Source: Cyanobacteria bacterium auto_48_18 (GTDB lineage: Bacteria; Cyanobacteriota; Vampirovibrionia; Obscuribacterales; Obscuribacteraceae). From it: 60,131 nt of DNA. A program made the position numbers and the translations under genes. The notes beneath the pieces are model-generated. The model did no database searches. It saw only the letters and a list, made by a program, of their open reading frames with translations, and had not been told where the DNA came from. The stretch spans positions 1 to 60,131 of the forward strand of contig JAVHQC010000023.1 of the NCBI GenBank assembly GCA_036170915.1. Reading direction: 5' to 3'. Positions 57,719-60,131 of the stretch are shown one piece after another (within the stretch, counting starts at the first letter, position 1; the number at the start of each line of letters is the position of its first letter).

Positions 57719-58666
57719 TCAGGACGCCTGCGATTGCAGCTCCAGACCGTTTACGCGCTCGATCAGATCAAGCCCTTCTTGCCTCATGCGCAGGTCGCAA
57801 TAGTAGAGACCGTAACAGATAAATAGAATTGGTCCTACTATCATATTAATCAGCTGTTCCCAGACTTGTGAAATCACCTGAATATAGATAGGCACGTCGC
57901 CAGCTGCATGAGGGCCACCAGCAATTATTCCTTGCGTGACGCTATTGATTACGACCACGATAACCAGTGGCACAGAAAGCGGATAAGCCAGCAGCGAGAC
58001 TGAAACGGCGGTGACAAAAAGAAAGACTGTGGAGCGGAAAAATGCGCGGGCAGTTAGCGCCGACGAGTGAGAAATTAGCGTACCCAGGTCATCTGACTCT
58101 ATTGCCATACTCGACATGGTCATGTGAGCGACTATGCCTACATAGGTTAGTGAAGCCAGCCCGCCTGCCAGGCCAAATATGATGCCGATACTGCCGGCGA
58201 TGATGCCGGCGCTCTTCATAGCAAAAAGCGGTAAGCACACTGCTAGTGCGACAGACCAGACCAGCACCAGTGCCATCACTGCGGCAAAATAGGCTAGACC
58301 AAGGCCAACCAGTGACCAGCCACGCCCTTTAACAAATTGCTGAGCCTCGGCAAAAGTAGGTGCAAAGCCAGTGAATAAACGCACAAGCGAAAGCTGACGT
58401 AAATAGAGAACAAAAGCGCCGATAATTAAAATGACCAGACCGACCAGTCCGGCGAGACCCCATGTCCACATTGCTTCCACCGCTGGGCGTCCTTTGGTGA
58501 AATAAGTGAGCCCGAGGATGAAGCCGATGCGTCCCACGCAAAGCAACACCGTAGGCAAAATTAATACCTGAGCGATCAGGGCGATATTCACGCGGAATAT
58601 GCGGAATGCCCGACCGATAATGTCGCCGATGGAAAGAGGCGAAGTGATGTTGCGAAGATTGGACAT
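57719..58666 (-). CDS. Integral membrane protein of MoxR/DUF4129 operons
   Basis: PLSIGDIIGRAFRIFR N-terminus, about six TM helices, LYYCDLRMRQEGLDL C-terminus. Confidence 0.8.
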   Translation of the reverse strand: MSNLRNITSPLSIGDIIGRAFRIFRVNIALIAQVLILPTVLLCVGRIGFILGLTYFTKGRPAVEAMWTWGLAGLVGLVILIIGAFVLYLRQLSLVRLFTGFAPTFAEAQQFVKGRGWSLVGLGLAYFAAVMALVLVWSVALAVCLPLFAMKSAGIIAGSIGIIFGLAGGLASLTYVGIVAHMTMSSMAIESDDLGTLISHSSALTARAFFRSTVFLFVTAVSVSLLAYPLSVPLVIVVVINSVTQGIIAGGPHAAGDVPIYIQVISQVWEQLINMIVGPILFICYGLYYCDLRMRQEGLDLIERVNGLELQSQAS

Positions 58667-58765
58667 CCGGGCCCCTGATAATTAGCGGCGAGTGTTGCGC
58701 CTGAGCTATTCTACTACCCTGGCCGGGCTCAGAACGTTGTTCACAGTATTTGTAGCCGCTTGATA

Positions 58766-58806
58766 TCGCCAGTTGTGATTATCAGCATCTCGCCAGTTGT
58801 ATTATC
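58766..58806. repeat. Direct repeat TCGCCAGTTGT(G)ATTATC x2 in a divergent intergenic region
   Basis: Copies at 58766-58783 and 58790-58806. Confidence 0.8.
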
Positions 58807-58968
58807 GATGTATGGCAAATTCTGTGCCCGTTTTGGCGTTTTAGTAGTTGTCTTGATAATGCAGGTTTTTAAGGTGCTCGGCCGCGGGCATAGCAGTGAT
58901 ATACAAGTAAGGTAGACTAAACTTATGTCAGCGATTTCGCATTTCGGCGAAGGTAAACTAAAGCCTGT

Positions 58969-60131
58969 ATGAACAGCCCGCTAGTGCAAAAACTGACCGG
59001 AGTTCGGGATTTAAAGAGGATTCTTGAGACCACCGTCAAGGAACTCGGAGACCACTTCTCGGCTGATGCGTGCCAGATTTTATTGAGCAACCCGCTTGAT
59101 CCCAATGTCACTTCGATCTGTGAATATCGCTCTACGGGCTCACCTATAGTCGGTCGCTCGACAACTTTGCCTCTGGTCTTGCAAGGGCGTACCTTTGGCT
59201 CTATGACCATGAGCCGTTCGAATGACGTTACTCCCGACGAATTGAATATGATGCGGGTGGTATTAGGCGAACTGGGTGACATCATCCGCCTGGCGCAAAT
59301 CAACGATATCGTTCAGCGGGATACTTTTCGCGATACGTTTTTAGTCGAAATTGGCAACCTGATGACCTATTCACTAGGAATAGGCGACGCCCTGTTCATG
59401 GTTGTGAATATTCTTGGTAAGGCTTTAAATGTCAGCCGGTGTCTGTTTATTTGCACAGATGATCAGCAAGCCGGTTGGAAATGTTATGAATTCTGGCAGC
59501 AAGATAAAGTACAGAGTTTGCAGCAATGTTATTGGCCTTCGGGTGATTCGGCGCTAGTGGCGCAAACTTTACTAGCTCGCGAACCGCTCAAGCTTTTTGA
59601 AGGTCAGCAAAATTCTTATGTCTCGCCGGCTCAAGAAGAGCTGCAGTTGATTAATGCTAAGTCGCTGCTCGGAGTTTCTCTGCGCAGTCAGTTCGGCACT
59701 CACGGTTGTGTGATTTTGCAGCAATGCGATTATCGACGTGCCTGGACGCGCAACGAAATTGACATGGTGCAGAATGTTGCTGATAAAGTGGCGGAAGCAC
59801 TTTACAAATTGCCTGCTGAGAAAAAAGCGCGCGAGCCGATAATGCAGCTGCACCAGCGCATTGTTAATACGCCAACAAGCGAAACCAGTAAGTCTGCAGT
59901 TGATGTGCGCCGCGCGCTGAAAGGCGCTCTTGGTCAACAGGCCATTCCTCAAGCGAATAAGACCGGACAAATTTCTGTGCCGCCAGCCGCTAAAGCTGTG
60001 CCACCACCGGTGCCACCAAAACCCACACCAGCACCGACGACCCCGACACCAGCTCCGACACCAGCACCAGCTCCGGTTCCGACACCAGCTCCGACACCAG
60101 CACCAGCTCCGGTTCCGACACCAGCTCCGAC
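58969..60131 (+). CDS. GAF-domain protein with Pro/Thr/Ala linker, truncated by the window end
   Basis: Open frame from ATG 58969 (MNSPLVQKLTGVRDLKRILETTVKELG..LGKALNVSRC..QQCDYRRAWTRNEIDMVQNVADKVAEAL..PTPAP). Absent from the ORF track because it has no stop codon. Confidence 0.85.
   Translation, partial: MNSPLVQKLTGVRDLKRILETTVKELGDHFSADACQILLSNPLDPNVTSICEYRSTGSPIVGRSTTLPLVLQGRTFGSMTMSRSNDVTPDELNMMRVVLGELGDIIRLAQINDIVQRDTFRDTFLVEIGNLMTYSLGIGDALFMVVNILGKALNVSRCLFICTDDQQAGWKCYEFWQQDKVQSLQQCYWPSGDSALVAQTLLAREPLKLFEGQQNSYVSPAQEELQLINAKSLLGVSLRSQFGTHGCVILQQCDYRRAWTRNEIDMVQNVADKVAEALYKLPAEKKAREPIMQLHQRIVNTPTSETSKSAVDVRRALKGALGQQAIPQANKTGQISVPPAAKAVPPPVPPKPTPAPTTPTPAPTPAPAPVPTPAPTPAPAPVPTPAP
60043..60131 (+). 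repeat. 36-bp tandem repeat CCGACACCAGCTCCGACACCAGCACCAGCTCCGGTT (x2.5, PTPAPTPAPAPV)
   Basis: Exact copies at 60043-60078 and 60079-60114, partial copy to the end. Confidence 0.95.

Noticed and set aside
58925..58972. 15-codon uORF overlapping the GAF gene start
   Set aside because: No clear RBS or informative codon content; could easily arise by chance.
58923..59970. Minus-strand ORFs 58923-59303 and 59572-59970
   Set aside because: Antisense shadows of the long plus-strand GAF frame starting at 58969.
60043..60131. CRISPR array
   Set aside because: The 36-bp units are contiguous with no spacers, encode in-frame PTPAP repeats, and no cas genes are present.

Overview
A gene-dense chromosomal window from a diderm bacterium. 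It has kdsA, cyanobacteria-like SLH, GAF and SufR proteins, many TPR proteins and no photosynthesis genes; this is consistent with a non-photosynthetic Cyanobacteria relative such as Melainabacteria/Obscuribacterales, but that is inference only. Core content: rpmF(3' fragment)-plsX-fabD, a saccharopine dehydrogenase-like gene, GT2, gatD, an SLH protein, hisN-like plus a histidine kinase, a GT-C membrane protein, an esterase, patatin, a sulfatase-FGE-HAD-GNAT cassette, rplY, tRNA-Gln, recN, mrp/apbC, a full sufR/sufCBD-Rieske-sufS-sufU-sufT cluster, pyk, a GH57 branching enzyme, kdsA, a twin aspartic protease, an ECF sigma/anti-sigma/Spy-CpxP module, a degenerate pxpA, a GAF-LuxR regulator, a MoxR-DUF58 operon, and a GAF protein that runs off the right edge in a Pro/Thr/Ala repeat. 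No CRISPR, rRNA, prophage or intact transposase was seen. The most unusual items are: (1) an IS1595-like zinc-ribbon/HTH protein whose DDE domain is replaced by a DprA-type winged helix, beside a palindrome (TACCTCCGGAGGTA) that recurs 35 kb away; (2) a convergent pair of paralogous secreted helical proteins coupled to a patatin; (3) a porin-type SLH/coiled-coil protein with no beta-barrel; (4) a candidate ECF regulon; (5) an in-frame TAG in rpmF at the window edge. All family assignments come from motif recognition by eye, not from database searches.
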